A stretch of 64,000 nt of DNA from an uncultured Gammaproteobacteria bacterium (lineage in GTDB: Bacteria > Patescibacteriota > Microgenomatia > Levybacterales > UBA12049). The position numbers and the translations under genes were made by a program. The stretch is taken from assembly GCA_964521295.1 (NCBI GenBank), contig CAZFRF010000001.1:850066-914065 (forward strand), read 5' to 3'. Below, piece by piece: positions 48,116-57,856 of the stretch (positions are counted from its first letter, which is position 1; every line of letters begins with the position of its first letter). The notes under the pieces were generated by a model. The model saw only the letters and a list, made by a program, of their open reading frames with translations, was not told the DNA's origin and did no database searches.

Positions 48116-48508
48116 TTATTTCAATTCAACAGTAGCACCAGCTGCTGTTAATTTTTCTTTAGCTTCATCTGCGGTTTTCTTATTAACTGCTGTTAATACT
48201 TCTTTTGGAGCTGAGTCAACTAAAGCTTTAGCTTCGGTTAGACCTAGGGTTGGAACTAATTCTCTTACAGCTTTAATAACTGCAATTTTAGTAGCACCAC
48301 CATTAGTAATAACAACGTTAAATACTGTTTGCTCAGAGGCAGCGTCTCCGCCCTCAGCAGCAGGAGCACTAGCAGCAGGAGCAGCTGCTACCATAGCGGC
48401 AGCGGATACTCCAAATTTTTCTTCTAATGCTTTTACAAATTCCGATAGTTCGAGAACTGACATCTCCTCAACTGCTTTAAGCAATTCTTCGTTAGTTAAT
48501 TTTGCCAT
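48116..48508 (-). CDS. rplL: 50S ribosomal protein L7/L12
   Basis: [38 protein letters not shown]; start set at ATG 48508 behind a GGAGGTGA SD. Confidence 0.96.
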   Translation of the reverse strand: MAKLTNEELLKAVEEMSVLELSEFVKALEEKFGVSAAAMVAAAPAASAPAAEGGDAASEQTVFNVVITNGGATKIAVIKAVRELVPTLGLTEAKALVDSAPKEVLTAVNKKTADEAKEKLTAAGATVELK

Positions 48509-48509
48509 A

Positions 48510-49193
48510 TCAATTCTCACCTCCTTCATTTTTTACTTCTTCATTAGTTTCATTTAGGGCTTGAGTTTCTTCTTTTTTCTCTTCTGTTGTTGTTTCTGGT
48601 TGAGTTGCTTCTACTGCTGGAGTTTCTGTAGCTGCGCTTGCTGCCATTGCTGGTTTTGCTTTCGCAACTGCATTAAGAGTCATAACTAATTTTTGTAAAT
48701 TCCAGTTTAATGCTCTGTGTAATCCAGAAATTGGAGATTTGAGTCCAACTGCAATTTGAGTTAATAATGTTTCTCTTGATGGTAAAGTGGAAAGTTTAAT
48801 AACTTGTTCGCCTGTAATAAAGTTTTTTTCCATTATTCCGAATTTTACGCTTGGTAAATTAAGTTCTTTAATTGTTTTTGCCAATGCTTTTAATGGACTA
48901 ACGATGTCACCATATAAAAATAAAGTGCCTGTAGGGCCTTGTAGTGACAAGTTTTCAGATAGAGTCATTTTATTTTCAGCTAAAGCGATAGTTAAAAGAG
49001 AGTTTTTAGCTACTACGAATTCGGCCTCAAAGGGCTTAATAGCTTTTTTAAGTTCTTCAATTTGTTTGTGGGTAAGGCCTCCGTAGTTTGTAAAAACTAC
49101 TGCATTAGCCTTAGCAAACATATCTGTTAAAACCTGTACGGTTTCAATTTTCTTTTGCTTATTAGCTGTGATTTTTGGTTCTTTGGTATCCAT
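48510..49193 (-). CDS. rplJ: 50S ribosomal protein L10 with acidic C-terminal extension
   Basis: [27 protein letters not shown]. Confidence 0.93.
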   Translation of the reverse strand: MDTKEPKITANKQKKIETVQVLTDMFAKANAVVFTNYGGLTHKQIEELKKAIKPFEAEFVVAKNSLLTIALAENKMTLSENLSLQGPTGTLFLYGDIVSPLKALAKTIKELNLPSVKFGIMEKNFITGEQVIKLSTLPSRETLLTQIAVGLKSPISGLHRALNWNLQKLVMTLNAVAKAKPAMAASAATETPAVEATQPETTTEEKKEETQALNETNEEVKNEGGEN

Positions 49194-49290
49194 AAAAAAA
49201 CTCGCCCTAAGCGAGTAAAAGAGCAGATATAGATTGCTCGTTCATTCCTCGACAGGACTTATCTTTGCGCCTGTTGTCTTAGGTAATATG
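49194..49290 (-). ncRNA. L10 leader (rplJ autoregulatory element) with attenuator hairpin
   Basis: CCTAAGACAACAGG...CCTGTCGAGG motif, then ACTCGCTTAGGGCGAGT-TTTTTT directly before the rplJ ATG. Confidence 0.75.
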
Positions 49291-49326
49291 TAGTTTAACA
49301 AATATTTGGTCTTAAGTCAATGCTAA

Positions 49327-49950
49327 TTACTCTCTAATTTTGATCTGCTGCATGGGTCGAGAGTAGGAAATTCCCTGTGAGTGTGCCGCTTGTCTAACTG
49401 CTGCAACCTTAGGATCAATTGAAAAAGTGGGAATTTCAAGGATATCCATTATCGATTTTCCTCTTTGTGTGTTGTGAACAATATGAAATCTTGTAGGTGT
49501 CCATAATACATCTAATTCCTCGGCTGTGGGAGCTTCTGGCTTTTTCCAATTAGGTAGTTGAAAAGTATGTTCTCTACATAATTTTATAATAGAAGGTTGG
49601 TCTGGTCCAAGATCTTCAGGAGGAATGGCTCTGTAATGTAAATCTTCATTAAAAAATACTCCCAATTCTTGCATTGCCATATCTTCTTTTGGATGATGGT
49701 TAGATCTTTCACATATGTCGAGGCCATTATCCACTAATGTCGTAACCGTTAATTGAGCTCTAATTCTTCCTCCCTCAGTCAATATTAAGTCTCCCATGTC
49801 AGCATACCCTTGAGCAATTGCTTCTCGAGCATGGTTTAAAGCGACAACTGCGGAGTTGAATCGTTCAATTGCAGCGTGTGTTTGTCTTGCTTTTGTATCA
49901 ACAAGACTACTGAGCTCTAGATATGGATCTTCTTTTGTTCTTTTGGTCAT
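49327..49950 (-). CDS. Hypothetical protein
   Basis: 207-aa ORF with its own TTGACA-17-TAAAAT promoter 6 nt upstream of ATG. Confidence 0.6.
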   Translation of the reverse strand: MTKRTKEDPYLELSSLVDTKARQTHAAIERFNSAVVALNHAREAIAQGYADMGDLILTEGGRIRAQLTVTTLVDNGLDICERSNHHPKEDMAMQELGVFFNEDLHYRAIPPEDLGPDQPSIIKLCREHTFQLPNWKKPEAPTAEELDVLWTPTRFHIVHNTQRGKSIMDILEIPTFSIDPKVAAVRQAAHSQGISYSRPMQQIKIRE

Positions 49951-50012
49951 GCGAGGATTTTAGGTATTGGCTTGGGTTTTGTCAATAATTAAGCTATAAT
50001 TAGTGAGATTTT

Positions 50013-50840
50013 ATGTCAAGAACACGTGTTTTACATTTTAACCTCAAAATAAAAGGCCAAAAGGATAAACTGACCTTATTTAGCTTGCCAAAGAGTAATA
50101 AATACCAAACAATTTCTGGTTTAAAATACTCTAAAAAAAACTTTTCAAAAATCATAGAGAAGCAATTTGGTAATGAATTGGTTATTTTAGAAGGTGGTAT
50201 TGAAGCCAATCTTGAATTCAAGGCTGTGTTAAAAAGTATTGACATGCCTATTAAACAAGAACTTAAGAGTAAATTAATCTTCAATGACAAATTTATTAAT
50301 TCTAAAGATATAAAGATAAGAGAGATTGCTAAAAAACTTAAGGGTAAAACATTACAAGACACAATTGCTAATACATATCAATATGTGGTTGATTATCTGG
50401 ATTATGGATATCCATATCAAGGTCTTTATACATATGCTCAATCGCTACGAGACAGGGTAACTGATTGTGGGGGATTTTCAACTTTACTTATGTCTCTATT
50501 GTCTGCTAATAAAATTAATTCAAGACTTGTTGTTGGATTTATATTAAAAGATAACAGAGCAACAAAATTACTCATTAATTTTCCCATAATGCCATTAACT
50601 TTTGATAACTTATATATGCATGTATGGGTAGAAGCTGAGTCTTCTAAAAATTTGTGGCTAACTTTAGATCCGTCACTCGAAAAAAGGAGACAAAAAGGAT
50701 TAACTAAAAGAAAAGGTGGATATGAAAAGCTTCCAGCTGATAGATTAATTACATCTTTTGGACACAATTTGCAAGTGAAAATAAATAATAAAAAAATTAA
50801 TTTTCCAATTGTACAAAATCCTGTGAGTATAAAAATATGA
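50013..50840 (+). CDS. Transglutaminase-like domain protein
   Basis: DCGGFSTL (Cys), SRLVVG, HVWVE (His), WLTLDP (Asp). Confidence 0.85.
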   Translation: MSRTRVLHFNLKIKGQKDKLTLFSLPKSNKYQTISGLKYSKKNFSKIIEKQFGNELVILEGGIEANLEFKAVLKSIDMPIKQELKSKLIFNDKFINSKDIKIREIAKKLKGKTLQDTIANTYQYVVDYLDYGYPYQGLYTYAQSLRDRVTDCGGFSTLLMSLLSANKINSRLVVGFILKDNRATKLLINFPIMPLTFDNLYMHVWVEAESSKNLWLTLDPSLEKRRQKGLTKRKGGYEKLPADRLITSFGHNLQVKINNKKINFPIVQNPVSIKI

Positions 50841-52021
50841 TTTCAACCGACTTTGCATCAAATGAAATGCTAAAAGACGCACTATTGTCTTTTAGCTTGA
50901 TGTTCACACCTTGGGACTGGAATAGTAAAGACCTGTCAAAAGATTTAGAAGCAGAAATAAGTAAGCTTTTGAGGCTAAAAAAAGAAAATATTTTTTTCTT
51001 TTTAACTGGAAGAAGTGCGTTGCTTAATGTTTTTAAAGCATTAGGGCTAAAGGAAAATGAGGGAGTATTGGTGCAAACATTTACTTGCGAGGCTGTAGTT
51101 TTGCCAATTTTACATTTAAAATTAATCCCACAGTACGTAGATATAGAAAAAGATACCTTTTCTATGGATTTAAATAGCTTAAAAAAAAGAATTACTAAAA
51201 ATAGTAGGGTTTTGGTATTGCAAAGTACATTCGGTTTAAGGCCAAAATATAAAGACGCGATACTAAGAATAGCAAAACAACATAAATTAATTGTCGTAGA
51301 GGATTTAGCACATGGTTTTAGTAAGGAAAACCTAGTAGAAAATACTATAAAGATTGTTTCATTTGGTAGGTCTAAATCTTTCTCATCAGTTTGGGGAGGA
51401 GCAATGATCTGTAAAGATAAAAATATTGTAAATGCAATCCAAATATTAAATAATGAGTTAAAAGATCCCTCATATATTTTCATACTACAAGCTTTGTTTT
51501 ATAAACAGTTTTCTGTGTTAATTAAATCGACATACGACATTTTATTGGGAAAATTTTTGCACAAGTTGATTGGACAAAAAATTCTCAGTAAAGAAATAAC
51601 AAATATTGAAAAAAAAATGCGTTTTGATGAGGCATTGAATAAAAAGTATCCCGCAGTTTTTGCGAAGCTTTTATGGCTACAGTTGAAAGACCAAGATGCT
51701 ATTAGGATGCAAAGAGAAAAGATAACAATTCTATATTCTAAATATTTTAAAAATGATTACAAAGGATCTTTGATTAGATATCCAGTTTTGGTTAAAAATC
51801 CTACTAAGCTTTTATCAATTTTAGCTTCAAAAAATATATTTTTGGGTAACTGGTATAATGATGTGATTGCGCCAAAAAATTTGAACTTATTAAAGCTTTT
51901 ATATAAAAAGGGTGCATGTCCCAATGCGGAAGATATAACTAGACATATTATTAATTTGCCAACTTTAATTTCAGAAAATAAAGCTAAATATATTCTTAAA
52001 TTAATTCATGATAACAGTTAA
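50837..52021 (+). CDS. DegT/DnrJ/EryC1/StrS PLP-dependent aminotransferase family
   Basis: TGRSAL, FTCEAV, VEDLAH, SFGRSK, CPNAE..INLP. Confidence 0.85.
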   Translation: MISTDFASNEMLKDALLSFSLMFTPWDWNSKDLSKDLEAEISKLLRLKKENIFFFLTGRSALLNVFKALGLKENEGVLVQTFTCEAVVLPILHLKLIPQYVDIEKDTFSMDLNSLKKRITKNSRVLVLQSTFGLRPKYKDAILRIAKQHKLIVVEDLAHGFSKENLVENTIKIVSFGRSKSFSSVWGGAMICKDKNIVNAIQILNNELKDPSYIFILQALFYKQFSVLIKSTYDILLGKFLHKLIGQKILSKEITNIEKKMRFDEALNKKYPAVFAKLLWLQLKDQDAIRMQREKITILYSKYFKNDYKGSLIRYPVLVKNPTKLLSILASKNIFLGNWYNDVIAPKNLNLLKLLYKKGACPNAEDITRHIINLPTLISENKAKYILKLIHDNS

Positions 52022-53021
52022 AGAAATACAGAACCAAAAAACTTGGGATAACTTTTACAATCAATATGGCGAAGAAACATTCTTGCAGTCTTGGGAATGG
52101 GGATTTTTGCAAGAAAGTATAGGAAATATTCCTTTACGATTAGGTGTTTATGATGATAAAAGTTTAAAGGCAATTGTGCAGGTGTTAAAAGTCAAAGCTC
52201 AGAGGGGAAACTTTTTATTTGTTCCACATGGTCCCTTAACAAAGACTAGCTCGATATATTTAAAACAAATTTTAAAATATTTACATTTAATTGCTAAAAA
52301 AGAAGGATATTTGCACCTAAGAGTGGCTCCAATTTTAGAAAAAACATCTCAAAATAAGTCAATATTTTCTAAAGCTGGTTTTAAAAAGGCAGCAACTCAC
52401 ATGCATGCCGAAAACGTATGGATTTTAGACCTTGCTAAGTCAGAGGAAGAGCTCTTGCAGAGTATGCGCAAGACAACCCGGTATTTAATTAGAAAGGCTA
52501 TTAAGGAAGAAGTGGTAATTGAAAAAATTTCAGATATTTCAGCTTTAAATAAATTTTGGAAAGTGTATGAAAAAACAGTTGAAAGAGAAAATTTTACGCC
52601 ATTTTCCAAAGAATTTATAAAAAAAGAATTTGAAGCTTTTAATAGTACTGGAAATGCGATTTTTCTCTTAGGTAGAGAGAAGGATTCCAATAAGATATTA
52701 GCTGCAGCTTTAATTATATTTAATAAAAAAACAGGGTTTTACCATCAGGGAGCATCTTTGCATAGCAAGGTCCCAGTAGCATATCTTTTGCAGTGGGAAG
52801 CTATTCTTGAGGCTAAAAAAAGAGGCTGTTTATATTATAATTTTTGGGGAATTGCACCAGATGAAAATCCTAAGCATCCTTGGTATGGGTTAACTTTATT
52901 TAAAAAAGGATTTAATGGATTCCAGAAAGATTATTTAGATACTCAAGATTATATATTTTCCCCTTTATATTATGCGACATACATTTATGAAAGATTAGTT
53001 AAGTGGAAAAGGAATTTGTAG
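52008..53021 (+). CDS. FemAB/FemX-like peptidoglycan bridge aminoacyltransferase
   Basis: FLQSWEWG, VPHGP, RKTTRYLIRKA, LLQWEAI, YNFWGI, FKKGF. Confidence 0.9.
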   Translation: MITVKEIQNQKTWDNFYNQYGEETFLQSWEWGFLQESIGNIPLRLGVYDDKSLKAIVQVLKVKAQRGNFLFVPHGPLTKTSSIYLKQILKYLHLIAKKEGYLHLRVAPILEKTSQNKSIFSKAGFKKAATHMHAENVWILDLAKSEEELLQSMRKTTRYLIRKAIKEEVVIEKISDISALNKFWKVYEKTVERENFTPFSKEFIKKEFEAFNSTGNAIFLLGREKDSNKILAAALIIFNKKTGFYHQGASLHSKVPVAYLLQWEAILEAKKRGCLYYNFWGIAPDENPKHPWYGLTLFKKGFNGFQKDYLDTQDYIFSPLYYATYIYERLVKWKRNL

Positions 53022-53075
53022 TTGACAACTCTACGATAGATATAATATTATTTCATGAAAGCTTCCCAAATTTAG

Positions 53076-54101
53076 ATGAGATCTAATCAAGAAACCGCAG
53101 CTGTTATTGGATCAGGCGTAATTGGCCTAACCACAGCTCTTGAAGCCCAAAGAGCAGGTTTTAGGCGGGTAAAAATATATACAGAAAAACCTCCATTATC
53201 CACAACTTCAGTTAAAGCGGGTGCAGTTTTTGAGCCTTATGAGCCTGGTAGGCTGGATGTTGCTACGATAAATAGATTTGTAACTGTAGGAATGCAAAGA
53301 TATGAGGAGATAGTCGATGATCATCCAGAAAGCGAAACTGGAATAAGGATGCATGATTTATATATTGCATCACACGCTCCAATGGATACTGAAAGATACT
53401 CTTTTTTAGATGTATTACCCTCTAGGCCATCATATTTACACGCAGTCAGTGATAGAGTGCCTGGTGATTATTCACATGCAATTAAAGTTGAAGTACCAAT
53501 GATTGATCCAAATTTCGCATTACCGTGGCTAGTTGGAAAATTTGTTAATCAGGGTGGAGATATAGCATCTTTTCAAAAAATAGAAAATATCGACCAGTTT
53601 TTAAGAGACGTCCCGGAAAGAGTAGTTTTTAACTGTTCAGGGTTGGGCGCACGCGAGTTAATTGGAGATACTGAGCTTACTCCTGTAAGAGGTCAAATTG
53701 CAGTAGCAAGGTATTCAAGGCCTGGATATGATTATTCAGTTTTAGGAGACGATGCATTTTATGCATTTCCTAGGCAAGCGCAGGTCGTTTTAGGTGGCTC
53801 GATCGAAAGGGGTCAAGAGGAAGAATCAACAACGGAAAGAATAAATGAAATAATTGAACATGCAAGGCTAATTATTCCTGATTTGAAAAATTCAGATATA
53901 GTCCTAACATATGCTGGGTTAAGGCCATTTAGAGCATCTGGCCCCAGAATTGAGATAGACGATAGGGTAATCGGTAAAACCCATGTAGTTAATACTGGAT
54001 TTGGTGGTTCAGGATGGACATTTTGCTTTGGAGCCGCAGAAAAAGCAGTTGGATTAGTAAGGCCACATGATTATGCGATGCCAGTACCTCAGGCTGCATA
54101 A
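53076..54101 (+). CDS. D-amino-acid oxidase-like FAD oxidoreductase
   Basis: VIGSGVIGLTTA, TTSVKAGA, NCSGLGA, PVRGQ, GLRPFR, GFGGSG. Confidence 0.85.
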   Translation: MRSNQETAAVIGSGVIGLTTALEAQRAGFRRVKIYTEKPPLSTTSVKAGAVFEPYEPGRLDVATINRFVTVGMQRYEEIVDDHPESETGIRMHDLYIASHAPMDTERYSFLDVLPSRPSYLHAVSDRVPGDYSHAIKVEVPMIDPNFALPWLVGKFVNQGGDIASFQKIENIDQFLRDVPERVVFNCSGLGARELIGDTELTPVRGQIAVARYSRPGYDYSVLGDDAFYAFPRQAQVVLGGSIERGQEEESTTERINEIIEHARLIIPDLKNSDIVLTYAGLRPFRASGPRIEIDDRVIGKTHVVNTGFGGSGWTFCFGAAEKAVGLVRPHDYAMPVPQAA

Positions 54102-54152
54102 AATATATCCTATAATATTTACTTTATATTCTCATTTTGGTATAATTAATTC

Positions 54153-55688
54153 ATGGAAAGACCAAGATTTATCAATCCAGAAGTAGCTAGAGATATTACA
54201 CCTAGATTGACTGGTATAGAGCCCGATAATGGAACCTTAAGAAGGGCAATTCAGATTAAAAATGCTGTTGTTGCAACCAGTGAATCTTTGGGGATGCAAC
54301 CCTTTTCTGTAGTAAAAGAAATAAGGCTCGCTAATGCTTCTGCTCCAGATCAAGCACGGGCAATAGAAAAAGAAAGAGTTGAAAAATTTGCTTATGTAGG
54401 AGACATCCATGGTTTTACTCCTCAAAAACAAGCAGAAATAGAAGAACCATTGCTTACAGGTAATTTCGATCAAATATTTTTTACTGGAGATATTGGTGGT
54501 TCTGATCTATTAGCAAAATTACAGAAATTATTCTACCAAGGTGGCAATACTGGAAATGTAAGTTTAATGTGGAATAGATATAAGCAATTAGCTCAACAAG
54601 CTCAGCAAAATGGAGATCAAATTAGCGATGAAGTTATGCTTACAGAATTAAGAGAAGGATATTTAAATATAGCTTCTTTTGAAAAAACATTGATAGATCA
54701 ATCTTTGTCTGAGGAAAAAGCGAGAGAACAAGTTGTTGAAATGTCAGATGTAGAGATAGTTGCAGATATAAAAAGAATTGTTTCTCATGTACATTTTGGT
54801 CACTACGTAGCTGATTTACCAGAGGAAGCAATTGACAGATTAGCTCAGGATGTTAGGGGAAATTATGAAAGATTTGCTGATTTTGTGGGTGCGATAAAAG
54901 ATCAAACAGGCGCAGATGTTTTTGTTGCAGAAGGAAATTGGGATGCAAGACTTCCTTTTGATTTTAGAAGAGGTACTGAAAAACCAGAGCCGCTTCCAAT
55001 TAAGGAAAGAAGATTTTATGGCGCTGATATTTTAAGAGCAAAAGGCGTCAGTTTCATAACTGAACCAACAATTGTTGCATCGGATACAGCTTTACATTTA
55101 GTATTGCCTTTTGACTCATTAGCTAAGCCAGCAGATCCAGATTTAGTTAAAACATTGTTTTTAGATGCTGCAAGTAAAGCAGGAAGAAGAGAGGTTTTGA
55201 CAGTTGGTCATGCAGTTTTATCTTGGGATGCTCATGGAAATACAACTCCTACTAAAGAAGGAGAAACAACAACAGCTAATTTTCGAGATTGGATTCAAAT
55301 CTTTAGGCCATCACAGGCAATTACTGGACACGAACATTTTCCATTAAAAGATAGAGATGGAAATAATGCTCCAAATATTAAATATGGAATTAAGATAGAT
55401 AGTTCGGGAGAGGCTGATGTTGCTCCATATTTATCACCTGATGTCTTAAACTCAATTGATGATATTAGGGTTGAATTAGCTAGGGAAAGAGAAGCTACAT
55501 CATTTGAGATTGCAGTGCCTACGATTGTAAGTCCTGTTCCAATGTCAGATCAATTAACAGGCTCAAGAATCGCTCATACTGAGCTACTTAGAGATTTGGG
55601 ACCACAACAAAATAGGAATGAAATTAGAGGAAGAGGTGGAAAAGCATCTCCAGTAAGAGTTGATTTACCTGTTAACAATATTTCTTAA
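54153..55688 (+). CDS. Calcineurin-like metallophosphoesterase with large helical insertion
   Basis: VGDIHG, FTGDI, EGNWD, GH, TGHEH. Confidence 0.65.
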   Translation: MERPRFINPEVARDITPRLTGIEPDNGTLRRAIQIKNAVVATSESLGMQPFSVVKEIRLANASAPDQARAIEKERVEKFAYVGDIHGFTPQKQAEIEEPLLTGNFDQIFFTGDIGGSDLLAKLQKLFYQGGNTGNVSLMWNRYKQLAQQAQQNGDQISDEVMLTELREGYLNIASFEKTLIDQSLSEEKAREQVVEMSDVEIVADIKRIVSHVHFGHYVADLPEEAIDRLAQDVRGNYERFADFVGAIKDQTGADVFVAEGNWDARLPFDFRRGTEKPEPLPIKERRFYGADILRAKGVSFITEPTIVASDTALHLVLPFDSLAKPADPDLVKTLFLDAASKAGRREVLTVGHAVLSWDAHGNTTPTKEGETTTANFRDWIQIFRPSQAITGHEHFPLKDRDGNNAPNIKYGIKIDSSGEADVAPYLSPDVLNSIDDIRVELAREREATSFEIAVPTIVSPVPMSDQLTGSRIAHTELLRDLGPQQNRNEIRGRGGKASPVRVDLPVNNIS

Positions 55689-56498
55689 TTACCTATAATT
55701 TCCTCTATATTTTTCAGGTAAAAGTTTAGCCAGTCGTTGCATCATAATTTCCGTTGGAGTAATTCCAGGATTTTGTTCTGCAACTCGCTCTAAGTCTGCA
55801 AAAGAAAAAGGTGTTCCAGGAACAACTAAAACATCGTCAATAAAGGGTCTTATGCGACCTGATTCAGGTAAGACAATTGCAACAGGCATTGCTAAGCCGA
55901 TTTCTCCTGAATTTTTCAAGGGACCATGAATTTCAAGTGGTGGTTCTTGTAAAATACCATCACTGTGTCTGGTGCCTTCTATTGCAGCAAATAGTACGTT
56001 ACCTGGGGTTTGCATAACCTCTCTGGTTTGTTTTAAGGCTTCCACATTGAAAGATCTTGCAGAGAGACCATGAGTTGATTCAGTGGGCTTAGGATATGAA
56101 GCCATATCATTTGGTTGAATAACTAGGATTTTAGTTAATCCAGTATATCCTTCAACTAAATTGGTAGCCGTTCGAGTTATTGAGCCACTTTCTGGTCTTT
56201 GAGGATCATAATGTTTTAGACCCGCTATTCCATAGACGTTTTCTAGATCAGTTAAATATCTATTAGCAAATCTTGCTGAAATTACTGGATCGAATGCGCT
56301 AACATGGTTCATATAGACATATAAAGATCTTGGGTTATCTTGAAAAACTCCTTCGCCATGAAGAGCATCTTTTGCAATATGAGTAGAGAATGCACGTTTT
56401 TCATCTACGTGAAATTTAACAGCTCTTGTGGCAAGCCATAAAGCTCTTCCTAGAGTTTGCTCAGCAGTAGTTTTTCTTAACTGTCTAAGTCTTTCCAT
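55689..56498 (-). CDS. PlsC-like glycerolipid acyltransferase
   Basis: NHVSAFD (HX4D), IEGTR, PVAI. Confidence 0.75.
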   Translation of the reverse strand: MERLRQLRKTTAEQTLGRALWLATRAVKFHVDEKRAFSTHIAKDALHGEGVFQDNPRSLYVYMNHVSAFDPVISARFANRYLTDLENVYGIAGLKHYDPQRPESGSITRTATNLVEGYTGLTKILVIQPNDMASYPKPTESTHGLSARSFNVEALKQTREVMQTPGNVLFAAIEGTRHSDGILQEPPLEIHGPLKNSGEIGLAMPVAIVLPESGRIRPFIDDVLVVPGTPFSFADLERVAEQNPGITPTEIMMQRLAKLLPEKYRGNYR

Positions 56499-56538
56499 AG
56501 ATTTGGATAATAGTTTATAAGAGGAAGTTAGTCAAGAA

Positions 56539-57333
56539 TTAGACTCTAACTTTAACACCAGGAGACATTGTGGATTTTAAGGTGATATTTAAGATATTAG
56601 CTTTTTTAACTGCATCAAGCATTACCGTGATGTTTTCAGCTAATTTTTCTGATCCAAATGACATTTTGCCAACTGAAAGATGAAGAAGTGGATTTTTAGA
56701 TTCTGTTTTAAAATTAAATTGTCCACCCGCATATTTCTTAGCAGCTTCTTCAGGTTTTTCGGTAATAGTTCCGTTTTTGGGATTTGGCATTAAGCCTTTT
56801 GGTCCTAAAACTCTAGCAACCTTTGCAAGTTTAGGCATCATTTGCGGAACAGCAAGTAAAATATCAAAATTAACTACACCTTTTTCAATTTCAGCAAGTA
56901 ATTTGTCATCTGCAATAGCTACTCTGGTTTGTTTTCCAGTTCCGTGGGGAAGAGTTATGCTACCTGAAATACCAGGAGTAGTTGTGTTAATGTGCAATTC
57001 AACTGTTTCATCAAATTTACCTCTTTGTAAATCTTTTAAGAGTTCTAAAGCTTCTTTAACTGTGTATGTTTTTGTTAAATCTACTTTTGCTGCGAGGGAG
57101 TTATATTTCTGTGAATGAATTGCTTTTGTATCTTTTTTAGAAACAGTTTCTTTTTTTTCAGTTTTTACTTCTTCTACTTTTTCTTCAGCTGGTGCAGTTT
57201 CTTCTACAATTGCTTCTACTTGAGCTTTTGCTTTTTCTTCAGCAATCTTAGCTTCTTTTTTCTTTTGAAGCTCTAATTGTTGTTTTTTTTCTAATTCTTC
57301 GTCTCCTAAAGTTTTTACTCTAATTTTTCCCAT
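56539..57333 (-). CDS. rplA: 50S ribosomal protein L1
   Basis: KFDETVE, LPHGTGK, LGPKGLMPNPKNGT, STMSPG. Confidence 0.95.
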   Translation of the reverse strand: MGKIRVKTLGDEELEKKQQLELQKKKEAKIAEEKAKAQVEAIVEETAPAEEKVEEVKTEKKETVSKKDTKAIHSQKYNSLAAKVDLTKTYTVKEALELLKDLQRGKFDETVELHINTTTPGISGSITLPHGTGKQTRVAIADDKLLAEIEKGVVNFDILLAVPQMMPKLAKVARVLGPKGLMPNPKNGTITEKPEEAAKKYAGGQFNFKTESKNPLLHLSVGKMSFGSEKLAENITVMLDAVKKANILNITLKSTMSPGVKVRV

Positions 57334-57334
57334 A

Positions 57335-57757
57335 TTATTGTACTTTTACGCCCATTGAGCGAGCTACTCCTTCCACAATTTTTACTGCTGGTTCTAATTC
57401 ATCTGTATTTAAATCTTCCATTTTGTTTTTCGCAATTTCTTCAGCTTGAGCCCTAGATAGGGTGCCAGCAACTTCAGTTCCAGGTTTACCAGCGCCTTTT
57501 TCTTTACCTAACGCTTTTTTAATCATTTCAGCAATAGGAGATTTTTTAACGATGAAAGAAAAAGTTCTATCTTCATAAACTGTAATAACAGCAGGAACGA
57601 TTGTGCCTTTTTGATCAGCTGTTTTATCATTAAATGCCTTAACGAACTCCATAATAGGGAGTCCATGGGGTCCCAATGCTGTTCCAACAGGTGGCGCAGG
57701 AGTTGCTGCTCCAGCTGGAATATTAATTTTAATTAATGTTTTAATTTTCTTTGCCAT
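57335..57757 (-). CDS. rplK: 50S ribosomal protein L11
   Basis: AGAATPAPPVGTALG, ITVYEDRTFSF, ARSMGV. Confidence 0.97.
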   Translation of the reverse strand: MAKKIKTLIKINIPAGAATPAPPVGTALGPHGLPIMEFVKAFNDKTADQKGTIVPAVITVYEDRTFSFIVKKSPIAEMIKKALGKEKGAGKPGTEVAGTLSRAQAEEIAKNKMEDLNTDELEPAVKIVEGVARSMGVKVQ

Positions 57758-57808
57758 ATTTTTCTTTGGGACTATGTAGAGAAGTTACTCTTGCGAGGTT
57801 CTTATCTA

Positions 57809-57835
57809 CTGGTTCAAGCGACTTATGTCTCCCAG
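57809..57835 (-). promoter_or_regulatory. Putative L1-binding mRNA element upstream of rplK
   Basis: CTGG-GA-GAC-ATAA-GTC-GCTTGAA-CCAG: two stems with an asymmetric internal loop and GGGAG, as in known L1 operators. Confidence 0.5.
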
Positions 57836-57856
57836 ATTAACAATAAGTTGTCTGTA

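Noticed and set aside
48509-48529. Track start of rplL at 48529 (MKEVRID...)
   Set aside because: It overlaps rplJ. The ATG at 48508 follows a GGAGGTGA SD and gives a canonical N-terminus.
50000-52690. Minus-strand ORFs 50000-50362, 50438-50767, 50797-51483 and 52397-52690
   Set aside because: They are shadows of the motif-supported plus-strand operon.
53055-53075. Six-codon uORF (MKASQI*) directly before the DAO-like gene
   Set aside because: It is too short to distinguish from chance without expression data.
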